This document shows positions 29,118 to 38,367 of a stretch of 54,992 bases of DNA, in pieces (position 1 is the first letter of the stretch; each line of letters starts with the position of its first letter). Under the pieces are notes generated by a model. The model searched no databases, was not told the DNA's origin, and was given only the letters and a program-made list of their open reading frames with translations. The DNA is taken from NCBI GenBank assembly GCA_050486345.1, contig JBJHDC010000003.1, forward strand, positions 371 through 55,362, given 5' to 3'. Source of the stretch: Dehalococcoidia bacterium. Lineage in GTDB: Bacteria > Chloroflexota > Dehalococcoidia > UBA2979. Both the position numbers and the translations under genes were made by a program.

Positions 29118-30278
29118 ATGCCTTCGACGACCCCCGTTCTCATCGTGGGTGCTGGCCCGTTCGGCCTCTCTCTCGCCGCGTACCTCGACCACCTGGGCAT
29201 CAGCTACCGCATGCACGGTGTGCCCATGGCCTTCTGGCGTGACCACATGCCGCAGGGCATGCTGCTGCGATCGGCATGCGACTGGCACCTCGATCCCATC
29301 GGTGCAGCCACCATCGAGGCATATCTCGAGACCATTGGCCTGACCCCAGTGGACGTCGAACCACTCTCGCTGGGGTTCTACCTGCAGTACGCGGCGTGGT
29401 TCCAGGAGCAGAAAGCACTGACCGCGGATCCTCGCCTGGTAGGACGGCTGGACCGCGAGGAGGACGGCAGCTTCGTCGCGCTCCTCGATGACGGCGACAC
29501 CGTGACGGCGGACGCGGTCGTGCTCGCGATCGGGTTCCGTCACTTCGCACACGTCCCGGACGAAGTGCGTGACCTGTTCCCCACCGGCCGCTATTCACAC
29601 ACGGTGGACCTCGTGGATCTGGATACGCAGCGGGGCAAGCGCTGCCTGATCCTGGGTGGTCGCCAGAGCGCGTTCGAGTGGGCCGCACTGCTGCACGAGG
29701 CGGGCGCCGCCTCGGTCAATGTCTGCCACCGACATCCCAGCCCGGGATACGAGGAGGCCGACTGGGACTGGGTGCCCCCGCTGGTCGACGGCATGATCGG
29801 TAACCCGGCTTGGTACCGGAAACTCCCTGCAATCGAACAAGAAGCGATCAGTCGTCGCATGTGGGGCGAGGGGCGGCTGAAAGTGGAACCCTGGCTACAG
29901 TCCAGGGTAGAAGTCGATACGGTGCGCATCCATCCAGAGCGCACCATCTCAGCCTGTCGTGAACTCTCTGATGGCGCCCTCGAGGTCATGCTCGATGACG
30001 GCGAATCGCTCACCGTTGACCACGTCATCCTCGCGACCGGCTACGCGCCTGACGTGCGGCGGGTCCCGATGCTCGCCGCCGGGAACCTCCCTGACCAGAT
30101 CGAGATGCGCGCCAACGGCGTCCCGATGCTGGACCCGGGCTTTCAGACAAGCGTGCCCGGGCTCTACATGACCAGCATGCTCGCGGTCGCTGACTTCGGG
30201 CCGTTCTTCGCCTTCACGGTCTCCGTGAGAACCTCGGCCCACGTCATCGGCAATCATCTCCGAGGCACACTGGTGTAG
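29118..30278 (+). CDS. FAD/NAD(P)-binding oxidoreductase (flavin monooxygenase-like)
   Basis: N-terminal Rossmann motif PVLIVGAGPFGLSLAAYL and a second dinucleotide motif RCLILGGRQSAFEWA. Confidence 0.7.
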   Translation: MPSTTPVLIVGAGPFGLSLAAYLDHLGISYRMHGVPMAFWRDHMPQGMLLRSACDWHLDPIGAATIEAYLETIGLTPVDVEPLSLGFYLQYAAWFQEQKALTADPRLVGRLDREEDGSFVALLDDGDTVTADAVVLAIGFRHFAHVPDEVRDLFPTGRYSHTVDLVDLDTQRGKRCLILGGRQSAFEWAALLHEAGAASVNVCHRHPSPGYEEADWDWVPPLVDGMIGNPAWYRKLPAIEQEAISRRMWGEGRLKVEPWLQSRVEVDTVRIHPERTISACRELSDGALEVMLDDGESLTVDHVILATGYAPDVRRVPMLAAGNLPDQIEMRANGVPMLDPGFQTSVPGLYMTSMLAVADFGPFFAFTVSVRTSAHVIGNHLRGTLV

Positions 30279-30365
30279 CGGTTGCTGCTGTCGGAGCGCC
30301 ATGCCATCCAGGGACTGGCCTATACTCCGCCCGGTTCGCACAGGGGCTGGCTGAAAGGTAGCGAC

Positions 30366-31514
30366 GTGAAGATTGCGAAGATCGAGCAGTATTTCCCGCG
30401 TCCCCGGATGCGGCTGGTGAAGGTCACCACGGACGACGGCACCGTCGGCTGGGGCGAAACCACCCTGGAGGGCAAGCCGAAGAGCGTCCACGGCGCTGTC
30501 GAGGAGCTCGCCGACTATCTGGTCGGCAAGGACCCGCTGCGCATCGAACACCACTGGCAGCACATCTACCAGTCGGCGTTCTTCCGCGGTGGCCCGGTGC
30601 TGATGAGCGCGCTTTCGGGGCTCGACCAGGCACTGTGGGACATCGCCGGGAAGGTTCACGGTGTACCTGTCTATCAGCTCCTCGGCGGACCAGTGCGTGA
30701 TCGCGTGCGGGTCTACGCGCACTGGAACGTGAACGATCTGAGCGAGGCCGGCCAGGAGGCCTCACGGGAGCGCCTCGACTTCCTACAGCGGACGGGCGGT
30801 TATCAGGCCTTCAAGGCAGGCCCGGCACGCCACCTGAAGTGGCGAGCGCACGAGCCACCGGCGCAGATCGACCAGCTGGTGCGCTCCGCCTACCTGATGC
30901 GGGAGTGGCTCGGCCCCGAGGTCGAGATTTGCTTCGACTTCCACGGCCGCATGACGCCAGCGCTGGCCATCGAGGTCTGCCACGAACTGAAGGGGATGCG
31001 CCCGATGTTCGTCGAGGAGCCAGTGCCGCAGGAGAACGTGGACGCGCTGAAGATGATCAGCCAGGCCGTGCCTTTCCCAATCGCGACCGGCGAGCGTCTG
31101 CTCACCCGCTGGGAATTCCGCCGACTCTTCGAGATCCAGGCGTGCGCCTACATCCAGCCCGATGTCTCCCACACCGGCGGCATCAGCGAGCTCAAGCGCA
31201 TCGCGAACATGGCGGAGGTCTACTACATGCACATCATGCCGCACTGCGCGATCGGCCCGGTGGCGCTGGCGGCGAGCATGCACGTGGACGCGGCCGTGCC
31301 CAACTTCCTCATCCAGGAGAGCGTCGGCCCGCAGCAGCTCGAGGGCGCGGTGCATCTCGACTGGCAACTCAAGGACGGCTACTTCGAACTCTCCACGAAG
31401 CCCGGCCTCGGCGTCGAGGTGGACGAACGCGAGATTGCGAAGATGACGCAGTACACCGAGGAGCTCGGTGGCGAGCACTACTTCGATGACGATGGCAGCG
31501 TGGCGGCGTGGTGA
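30366..31514 (+). CDS. dgoD: D-galactonate dehydratase-like enolase-superfamily (mandelate racemase subgroup) sugar-acid dehydratase
   Basis: VKIAKIEQYFPRPRMRLVKVTTDDGTVGWGETTLEGKPKSVHGAVEELADYLVGKDPLRIEHHWQHIYQSAFFRGGPVLMSALSGLDQALWDIAGKVHGVPVYQLLGG closely parallels E. coli DgoD from memory. The GTG start is at 30366. Confidence 0.75.
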   Translation: MKIAKIEQYFPRPRMRLVKVTTDDGTVGWGETTLEGKPKSVHGAVEELADYLVGKDPLRIEHHWQHIYQSAFFRGGPVLMSALSGLDQALWDIAGKVHGVPVYQLLGGPVRDRVRVYAHWNVNDLSEAGQEASRERLDFLQRTGGYQAFKAGPARHLKWRAHEPPAQIDQLVRSAYLMREWLGPEVEICFDFHGRMTPALAIEVCHELKGMRPMFVEEPVPQENVDALKMISQAVPFPIATGERLLTRWEFRRLFEIQACAYIQPDVSHTGGISELKRIANMAEVYYMHIMPHCAIGPVALAASMHVDAAVPNFLIQESVGPQQLEGAVHLDWQLKDGYFELSTKPGLGVEVDEREIAKMTQYTEELGGEHYFDDDGSVAAW

Positions 31515-31637
31515 ATGTTGGGCGCTGCGTGCGCATCGTCAGGTGGCCCAACGGATCCCTGCTCCCGCGCGCCCGCAGGGCGCGGCCTTCGACAAGATCA
31601 GGATGAACGGGAGGAGGGATCCGGCATACAGCTGCCG

Positions 31638-32834
31638 CTACAGTAGGCTCCTCGCGGCGAGGTTCTGCATCAGCGCGCCCGCGCCGAACGTCCACAGCTC
31701 GATGGCATCGCAGCGGTCGACGCGGTTGATGAGGGTGCCAAGGCGGGGAGAGCCGATTACGACGTAGTCACCCTCGACGTGCGTGAAGCCCGTGCCACCC
31801 GGCGTGCGCGGCTGCGTTGGCGCGAACAGCGTGCCGGTGTAGAGCACCATACCGTCCGGGTACTGGTGGTGCTCACCCATGGCCTGCCGTACCAGCTCCT
31901 CCGGGTCACGGCTGATCTGGCTGAGGTCGCTACGACCCGACAGCGTGAAACCGTCCGGGCCGATCACCTCCAGCTGCACCTCGGCGGTTCGGACGTCATC
32001 CAGCGAGTAGGTCGCGTCGAAGAGACGGATGAATGGTCCGATGGCGGACGAAGCGTTGTTGTCCTTCGCCTTGCCAAGAAGCAGCGCCGACCGACCTTCC
32101 ATATCGCGCAGGTTGACGTCGTTGCCGAGCGTTGCCCCGACGATCACTCCGCGCGCGTTCACGGCGAGCACGACCTCGGGCTCCGGGTTGTTCCAGTCTG
32201 AGTCGCTGCGAATCCCGATGTCCGCCCCGTAGCCCACCGAGGCCATGGGCGGCGCCTTGGTGAAGATCTCGGCATGCGGGCCGATGCCGACCTCGAGGTA
32301 GGGCGACCAGAGATCCTGCCGCACGAGCTCCTGCTTGAGCTGCTCAGCCTCCGGCGAGCCGGGCCGCATACTCGCGATGTCCGCGCCGATGGTCGCGCTC
32401 AGCTGCTCGCGGACCTCCTCGGCGCGCGAGGGGTCGCCCTTCGCCTGCTCCTCGATGAGCCGCTCTAGCAGGCTCACCGCGAAGGTCACGCCCGCCGCCT
32501 TCACAGCCTGCAGGTCGACCGGCGCGAGCAGCCATGGCAGCTGCGGATCGCGCTCGTCGGCCACGGTGTTCGCGACGATCTCCTCGAGGGTTCCGAGCTG
32601 CTCACCGGGCGTCGCAGCGACCAGCCCAGGCGGGTCGGTCGCGTTCAGCAGCGCCGAGGAGGTGGGCGCCGCGCTGGTGATGTCGAAGACACCACCATCA
32701 CGGATTGCAACCACACTCGGGCCTCCGGGCGTCGAACCATCTTCAGGTCGCCACACCCGACCAACCAGCGTTCCGACGGTCCCGTCATCTGGCAGGATCG
32801 AGTACTGTTGCCACGGTCCTGCGTCCTGCACCAT
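31638..32834 (-). CDS. fumarylacetoacetate hydrolase (FAH) family protein
   Basis: Long-form FAH-family ORF with C-terminus ...HVEGDYVVIGSPRLGTLINRV. ATG 32834 has GGGAGA upstream. The ORF track extends to 32966. Confidence 0.75.
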   Translation of the reverse strand: MVQDAGPWQQYSILPDDGTVGTLVGRVWRPEDGSTPGGPSVVAIRDGGVFDITSAAPTSSALLNATDPPGLVAATPGEQLGTLEEIVANTVADERDPQLPWLLAPVDLQAVKAAGVTFAVSLLERLIEEQAKGDPSRAEEVREQLSATIGADIASMRPGSPEAEQLKQELVRQDLWSPYLEVGIGPHAEIFTKAPPMASVGYGADIGIRSDSDWNNPEPEVVLAVNARGVIVGATLGNDVNLRDMEGRSALLLGKAKDNNASSAIGPFIRLFDATYSLDDVRTAEVQLEVIGPDGFTLSGRSDLSQISRDPEELVRQAMGEHHQYPDGMVLYTGTLFAPTQPRTPGGTGFTHVEGDYVVIGSPRLGTLINRVDRCDAIELWTFGAGALMQNLAARSLL

Positions 32835-33076
32835 ATTCTCCCGTCGCCGACGCGATGTCCCTCGCCACCCGCTGCATGCCGGGGGCGTCTCGCGCCAATA
32901 CAGGTACCACATTCTCCGCGCACCGCGCAGTCCGAGCCGCGAGGTCGAGCCTGGCACCTGGAGCATGCCAGCACGCCCGCCACCCCACAGGCAATGGCTC
33001 GCCGTGGCCGCCCACTAACGGCGGCCGACGATCGAGCCTGATTGCCCTGAGTTGCTGGTTCGTCCGTGCTGGCTGG

Positions 33077-33754
33077 CTACCTGCCTGTCGCCGCCATCTC
33101 TTCCCATGGCACGTCCGCCGTCGTTGCCTCGTCGACGCGACCACCGGAACGCGTGAGGAGCAGCGCGACGACGACCACCCAGATCGGGAACGCGAGGAAC
33201 ATGACGATCCAGCCAACCGGGGGGAGCAGGAGCGGAACAGCGATGACGAGGCTGACCCACCCGAGCCAACGTGGAATCACGCGGCCGCGGAGCACCACGA
33301 GGCCCGTGGCTGCCACGAACAGGGCTGCCGTCAGCATGGAGCCGGTGAACCAGTAGTCTCCCAGGTAGTAGTACGCCTCTGCGGTCGATGCGGAGATCAC
33401 ATCCGCATCCAGGTGCGCTTCAAGATCCGTGCCGTACATGACGAGTTGTCCGATTGCGGTGACGACACCCGCGGCGAGCACGATTGGCGTCAGGCCACCG
33501 AGGCTCCCGTGGACCTCGTGCAGCCGGTTCCAGAGCGCGACGACGAAGACCAGGAAGAGTAGCGATCCGAGCATGAACGCGAAGATTGCGAGGCCTAGAG
33601 CAGACTCATCCTGGTAGTAGGCGAGGATCTCGTTCGCTGTGGGAGTTGCCGCTTCGGGGCGCATCGAATCGATCGTTAGCACACCCACGACCCAGAGCAC
33701 TACGGCTCCGACGCCGGCAAGCGGTAGCAGTCGTGTCCATCGAATCTCGCTCAT
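33077..33754 (-). CDS. hypothetical polytopic membrane protein
   Basis: 225-aa ORF with about 6 hydrophobic segments. It is divergent from the sensor kinase. I recognise no motif. Confidence 0.6.
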   Translation of the reverse strand: MSEIRWTRLLPLAGVGAVVLWVVGVLTIDSMRPEAATPTANEILAYYQDESALGLAIFAFMLGSLLFLVFVVALWNRLHEVHGSLGGLTPIVLAAGVVTAIGQLVMYGTDLEAHLDADVISASTAEAYYYLGDYWFTGSMLTAALFVAATGLVVLRGRVIPRWLGWVSLVIAVPLLLPPVGWIVMFLAFPIWVVVVALLLTRSGGRVDEATTADVPWEEMAATGR

Positions 33755-33960
33755 GATTGACCCCTTTCATCTCTCTAGCGCAGCACTGATTACCGAGACG
33801 GTAGGCGCGCGCCCTCGGCGTACCATCCGGGCTCCCACCAGACTTCGGGTTCAGTGCTATCCCTGAATCGCGCCCCTGTGCTTTGTGGGACACTTCCGCG
33901 ACATGACCGTGTATGCGGTCGATCTCGCTCACGATGCTGAGATGCTGAGGCGAACCAAAC

Positions 33961-36030
33961 GTGAACCGATCCGCGATGCTCGCGGGGGTGCTGGGCGCGA
34001 CTACGGTTGCCATCGCTGTCGCTGGACTGTGGCTGTCGTGGCTCACCCGCTCGACGCCGGTGCCACCTGAGATGGATCTGGCGAACCCGGTGCTCTTCCC
34101 CGGATGGCTCGCGTTCACAGCCGTCGGCGTCCTGCTCGCCACCCAACGATCGTCGAACGCCATCGGCTGGCTCTTGCTGGCGGTCGCGCTGCTCTGGCAG
34201 CTGCACGGACTGACCGGCGTCTACCGCATCGCCGCGCTGCTGGAGAATCCGGGCTGGCCCGGCGGGGCGTGGGCCGCCTGGGCATGGGACTGGACGTGGG
34301 CGCCCGGCATCCTCGCGGTCTTCCTGGTGCCGCTCTACTTCCCCACTGGCCGGCTGCCGTCACGCCGGTGGCTCCCCGTCACCGTGGCGCTTGTCGTCGG
34401 CGCGGCCCTGGTCGCCCTCTCAGTGGCACTGCGCTCAGGGCCGCTCCCAAACACACCTATGCTGCTGAATCCCGCAGCGATCGAGGGCTCCGCGTCATTC
34501 TTCGAGGGCCTTGAGGCTGCCGGGAACCTCCTCTTCGTCGTAGGCGTCCTCGGTGCCCTCGCGGTCCCAGCGATCCGGTACCGGCGCGCCGGGCCCATCG
34601 AGCGGCACCAGTTGAAGTGGTTCGCCGTTGCCGTTGTCCTGGTGTTCGTAACCTGGGTGGCGGCGGAGGTGCTCCAGGCGGCAGGCGCTCGTCCCACAGT
34701 GCTCGAGGCCCTTCGACTGTTGCCGCTGATCGCCTTCCCGGTGGCCATCGGAATCGCGATTCGCCAGTACCGGCTCTATGACATCGACGTCGTGCTGCAC
34801 CGCAGCATCATCTACGGAACCCTGGCGGCTGGCATCGGCGTCCTCTACCTGGTCGTGGTGGCCGGGCTTGGCAGTGCCGCGGGTGTCAGCTCGGGTGGGC
34901 GCGTCTGGTTGTCGGTACTCGCCACAGCACTCGCGGCAGTCGCCTTCGCGCCCCTCCGCATTCGACTCGACCGAGTGGCGAGCCGCATCGTCTACGGTGA
35001 ACGCCTGACCCCGTACGAGGGATTACGCTCGGTCATCGTCGGCTCCACCGGCTCCTCGGCTGATGCCGGCGCGCTGATGGAGATCGCTCGCACCGTCGTG
35101 CAGGCTGCATCAGCGAGCTCCAGCGAGGTGTGGGTGAGACTCGGATCAGAGCTGCGGCTCGGTGCGATGTGGCCCGATGATACGGAGCCCGCGGTGACCT
35201 CGATGGCGCTGCCGCAGCCAGAGGACCATCCCGCGGAGCTGGATACCGGTGCACGACTGTATCCCGTGCATCGCCATGGCCGGGTGCTGGGTGCGATCAC
35301 GGTGACGTTCCCCCGAGGCGAAACGCTGAGCGCAGCCGGGGACGCACTGCTGCGGGACATCGCCTCCGCGGCGTGGCTGATCCTCGATCATGCGCAGCTG
35401 GCAGGCGAGTTGCGCGCTTCGCACCAGCGCCTCGTCACCGCGCAGGACGCTGAGCGGCGGCGGGTGGAACGGGACCTGCACGACGGCGCCCAGCAGCGCC
35501 TCCTGGAGCTCGCGCTCACGCTGGGTCGAGCACGCGAAGAGGCGACGCGGAGGGACCACGAGCACACCGTCACAGCGCTCGACGAAGCAGGACAGCAGCT
35601 CCGCACAGCAATCACGGAGCTGCGCGATCTCGCACGTGGCATCTATCCGGAGATCCTCGGTTCGCGCGGGCTGGTTCCCGCTCTAGAGTCGCTAGCGGAG
35701 CGCGCTCCTCTGCCGGTGGTCATCGAGGCGACAGGCGCCCGCCGAGATGACCCACGAGCCGAGTCCACGGCCTACTTCGTCGCAGCCGAGGCGCTGACCA
35801 ACGTGATCAAGCACGCTCACGCCACGCAGGTGATTGTGACCGTGGAGCAGGACCAGCACTCGCTCCGGCTCTCGGTCGCTGACGATGGCGTAGGCGGTGC
35901 CGATCCCGACGGAACCGGGCTGCGTGGTCTCAGCGACCGGGTCGCAGCCCTTGGTGGCACGGTCCAGGTGTCCAGCGTCCCCGATCGCGGGACATGTATA
36001 CGAATCGAGCTCCCATGCGAATCGCACTAG
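33961..36030 (+). CDS. sensor histidine kinase (HisKA_3 / NarL-partner type) with a multi-TM N-terminal sensor
   Basis: H-box ERRRVERDLHDGAQQRL. The HATPase region reads ESTAYFVAAEALTNVIKHA...DDGVGGADPDGTGLRGLSDRVAALGGTVQVSS. The N-terminal half is polytopic. Confidence 0.9.
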   Translation: MNRSAMLAGVLGATTVAIAVAGLWLSWLTRSTPVPPEMDLANPVLFPGWLAFTAVGVLLATQRSSNAIGWLLLAVALLWQLHGLTGVYRIAALLENPGWPGGAWAAWAWDWTWAPGILAVFLVPLYFPTGRLPSRRWLPVTVALVVGAALVALSVALRSGPLPNTPMLLNPAAIEGSASFFEGLEAAGNLLFVVGVLGALAVPAIRYRRAGPIERHQLKWFAVAVVLVFVTWVAAEVLQAAGARPTVLEALRLLPLIAFPVAIGIAIRQYRLYDIDVVLHRSIIYGTLAAGIGVLYLVVVAGLGSAAGVSSGGRVWLSVLATALAAVAFAPLRIRLDRVASRIVYGERLTPYEGLRSVIVGSTGSSADAGALMEIARTVVQAASASSSEVWVRLGSELRLGAMWPDDTEPAVTSMALPQPEDHPAELDTGARLYPVHRHGRVLGAITVTFPRGETLSAAGDALLRDIASAAWLILDHAQLAGELRASHQRLVTAQDAERRRVERDLHDGAQQRLLELALTLGRAREEATRRDHEHTVTALDEAGQQLRTAITELRDLARGIYPEILGSRGLVPALESLAERAPLPVVIEATGARRDDPRAESTAYFVAAEALTNVIKHAHATQVIVTVEQDQHSLRLSVADDGVGGADPDGTGLRGLSDRVAALGGTVQVSSVPDRGTCIRIELPCESH

Positions 36031-36659
36031 CCGATGATGCCGTGCTCTTCCGCGAGGGCGTCGCGCGCCTGCTCACGGATGCAGGCTGCGAGGTCACAGC
36101 GCTGGCCGGCGATGCCGCGTCGCTCCTCGATGCCATCGCAATCGACCGCCCGGATGCCGTGATCGTTGACATTCGCATGCCACCCTCACACACGCTCGAA
36201 GGGCTCGATGCCGCCCGGACCATTCGGAGCCTGTATCCGGAGACCGGTGTGCTGGTGCTGTCTCAGTACATGGAGACGCGACACATCGTGGACCTGCTGG
36301 AGGCCGGCGGTGGAATGGGCTACCTCCTCAAGGAACGCGTGACCGACCCGGGCGACCTCGTCGACGCCGTACATCGCGTCGCCGCAGGGCAATCCGTGGT
36401 CGATCCCGAGATCATCGCGATGCTCGTCGGGCGTCGACGAAGCCACGATCCGCTGGCGCTCCTCAGTGAACGGGAACGCGAGGTCCTGGAGCTGATGGCG
36501 GAGGGCCGCTCCAATCAGGCGATCGCGCAACGCCTGGTGCTCACCACCAGGACCGTGGAATCGCATGTCCGCAGCATCTTCAACAAGCTTGGACTGGACA
36601 CCGTCGGCGACGACAACCGGCGCGTCCTCGCCGTGCTCGCCTACCTCCGAGCAGCCTGA
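36015..36659 (+). CDS. NarL/LuxR-family response regulator
   Basis: Receiver domain (MRIALADDAVLFREG..., DAVIVDIRMPP) plus a LuxR helix-turn-helix (LSEREREVLELMAEGRSNQAIAQRLVLTTRTVESHV). It overlaps the kinase stop by 16 nt. Confidence 0.9.
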   Translation: MRIALADDAVLFREGVARLLTDAGCEVTALAGDAASLLDAIAIDRPDAVIVDIRMPPSHTLEGLDAARTIRSLYPETGVLVLSQYMETRHIVDLLEAGGGMGYLLKERVTDPGDLVDAVHRVAAGQSVVDPEIIAMLVGRRRSHDPLALLSEREREVLELMAEGRSNQAIAQRLVLTTRTVESHVRSIFNKLGLDTVGDDNRRVLAVLAYLRAA

Positions 36660-36723
36660 ATCAGGGCGCGAGCTGGCGAGATCTCGTCGACGCCCGCGTG
36701 CTCGTGGATGAACTCGCGGCGTC

Positions 36724-37596
36724 CTATCCGCGCGTCAGGACCGTCTCATCGGCGATCCGGTTGAGTTTGCCCGGGTTCCGCATCGCGTAGATCCGGGTGA
36801 GCCGCCCGTCTGCGACCGTCACCGTGATGAGGGTGAGGACCTCACCGGGAACGTCCAGCAGTAACGCTGGTGCGCCGTTGATCCGCAGCGAGGTCACGCG
36901 GAAGCCGGTCGCGAGGCGGGCGAAGTTGCTCAGCACCGTGGCGACTCGTTCCGCACCCTCGAACGGCTGGCGGGCTGCCGCAGCCACACCGCCGCCGTCG
37001 CCAATCATCACCACGTCCGGAGCGAGTACCTCCATCAGCGCACCGATCTCTCCGGTGCGTGCTGCCGCGACAAATTTCTCGAGCACCTGCTCCTGCACCA
37101 CCGGGTCCACCTGCATCCGTGGCCGTCGGGCCGCGACATGCTCACGGGAGCGGTGTGCGATCTGGCGGACCGCTGCAGGTGTCCTCCCCACCGCCTCGGC
37201 AATTTCGCCGTACGGCACATCGAAGACCTCGCGCAGCACGAAGACTGCCCGCTGGATCGGGTCCAGGGTCTCGAGCACCGTGAGCATCGCAATGGAGACA
37301 CTCTCCGCGAGCTCGATGTCCTCCGCCACGTCAGGACTGGTCAGCAACGGCTCGGGGAGCCACTCGCCCACGTACTCCTCGCGTCGCCTCGCGAGCGTTC
37401 GCAGCAGGTTGAGCGACTGGCGGGTGGTGATGCGGACCAGGTAGGCACGCGGATCACGAACCTGGGTCTGGTCGACCGCGTCCCATCGCAGCCAGGTCTC
37501 CTGCACCACGTCTTCGGCGTCCGCCGCAGAACCGAGCATCTCGTAGGCCACGGTGAAGAGCAGGCTGCGATGGGTGACGAATGGGTCCTCGGTCAT
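36724..37596 (-). CDS. ECF RNA polymerase sigma factor, SigJ-like, with a C-terminal SnoaL-like extension
   Basis: Region 2 reads FVTHRSLLFTVAYEMLGSAADAEDVVQETWLRW. Region 4 reads VFVLREVFDVPYGEIAEAVGRTPAAVRQIAHRSREHV. A C-terminal tail of about 110 aa follows. Confidence 0.85.
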   Translation of the reverse strand: MTEDPFVTHRSLLFTVAYEMLGSAADAEDVVQETWLRWDAVDQTQVRDPRAYLVRITTRQSLNLLRTLARRREEYVGEWLPEPLLTSPDVAEDIELAESVSIAMLTVLETLDPIQRAVFVLREVFDVPYGEIAEAVGRTPAAVRQIAHRSREHVAARRPRMQVDPVVQEQVLEKFVAAARTGEIGALMEVLAPDVVMIGDGGGVAAAARQPFEGAERVATVLSNFARLATGFRVTSLRINGAPALLLDVPGEVLTLITVTVADGRLTRIYAMRNPGKLNRIADETVLTRG

Positions 37597-38207
37597 GCTG
37601 TCACGACCGCCCGCGATCCAGCTGCCCCTGATCCAGCCGCCGGTGCTGCGAGCGGTTGTAGTCCGCACGCAGCCGCGAATCCCTCCGATTCGATCCCGAA
37701 CGCCACGTTACTCCGCGCATAGAAGTTGGCCAGCGAGATGAATGCCGTCAGTTCGACGAGCGCCGGTGCTCCGAGCTGCTCGAGGAGGCGCGCTGACATC
37801 TCGTCAGTCACGGTGGGCGGCGTGTGGGTCATCGCCTCTGCATACGCCATCACATCACGCTCCAGATGCGTGAACACGTCCGAATCGCGCCAGCGGGACA
37901 CCTCGCGCGCTTTCGCCAGATCCAGGTGCTCGTTGTGCGCCTGGAAGTATCCGAAGTCAAGGCACCACGTGCAGCCGACCAGGGACGCGACCGCCATGTG
38001 CGCGAACGACTTCAGGCTCGGATCGCATGCATTCCACTTGCGCGCCTTCCCACCGATGGCGAAGTAGCCCTTGAGCACGGGCCGATTGTGCCAGTAGACG
38101 CTGAGGGGCTCTGGCACCCGGCCGAGCATCTTCTTGCTGAAGCGTTTCACGAGCGCACCGTAGATGCCCGTGATCTCAGCCCCGGGTACGCGAGTGTCAC
38201 TCATCAT
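37593..38207 (-). CDS. carboxymuconolactone decarboxylase (AhpD-like) family protein
   Basis: CxxC-type motif LVGCTWCLDFG sits in a CMD-like helix bundle. AGGAGG lies upstream of ATG 38207. The stop overlaps the sigma-factor start (ATGA). Confidence 0.8.
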   Translation of the reverse strand: MMSDTRVPGAEITGIYGALVKRFSKKMLGRVPEPLSVYWHNRPVLKGYFAIGGKARKWNACDPSLKSFAHMAVASLVGCTWCLDFGYFQAHNEHLDLAKAREVSRWRDSDVFTHLERDVMAYAEAMTHTPPTVTDEMSARLLEQLGAPALVELTAFISLANFYARSNVAFGIESEGFAAACGLQPLAAPAAGSGAAGSRAVVTA

Positions 38208-38367
38208 GTCACCTCCTGTCGGTGTTTCGCTGTCATCCATGGAGACACCGACGGCGCGCAGATTGTGACACTGGGACGGCGCGCCCTCGATCACAGCGAG
38301 CGCTCGGACTCGTCGACGGTACAGCGGTGGAGTGAGGCGACTGAGGCGGCGTCGAAGCGGTGCGGCG

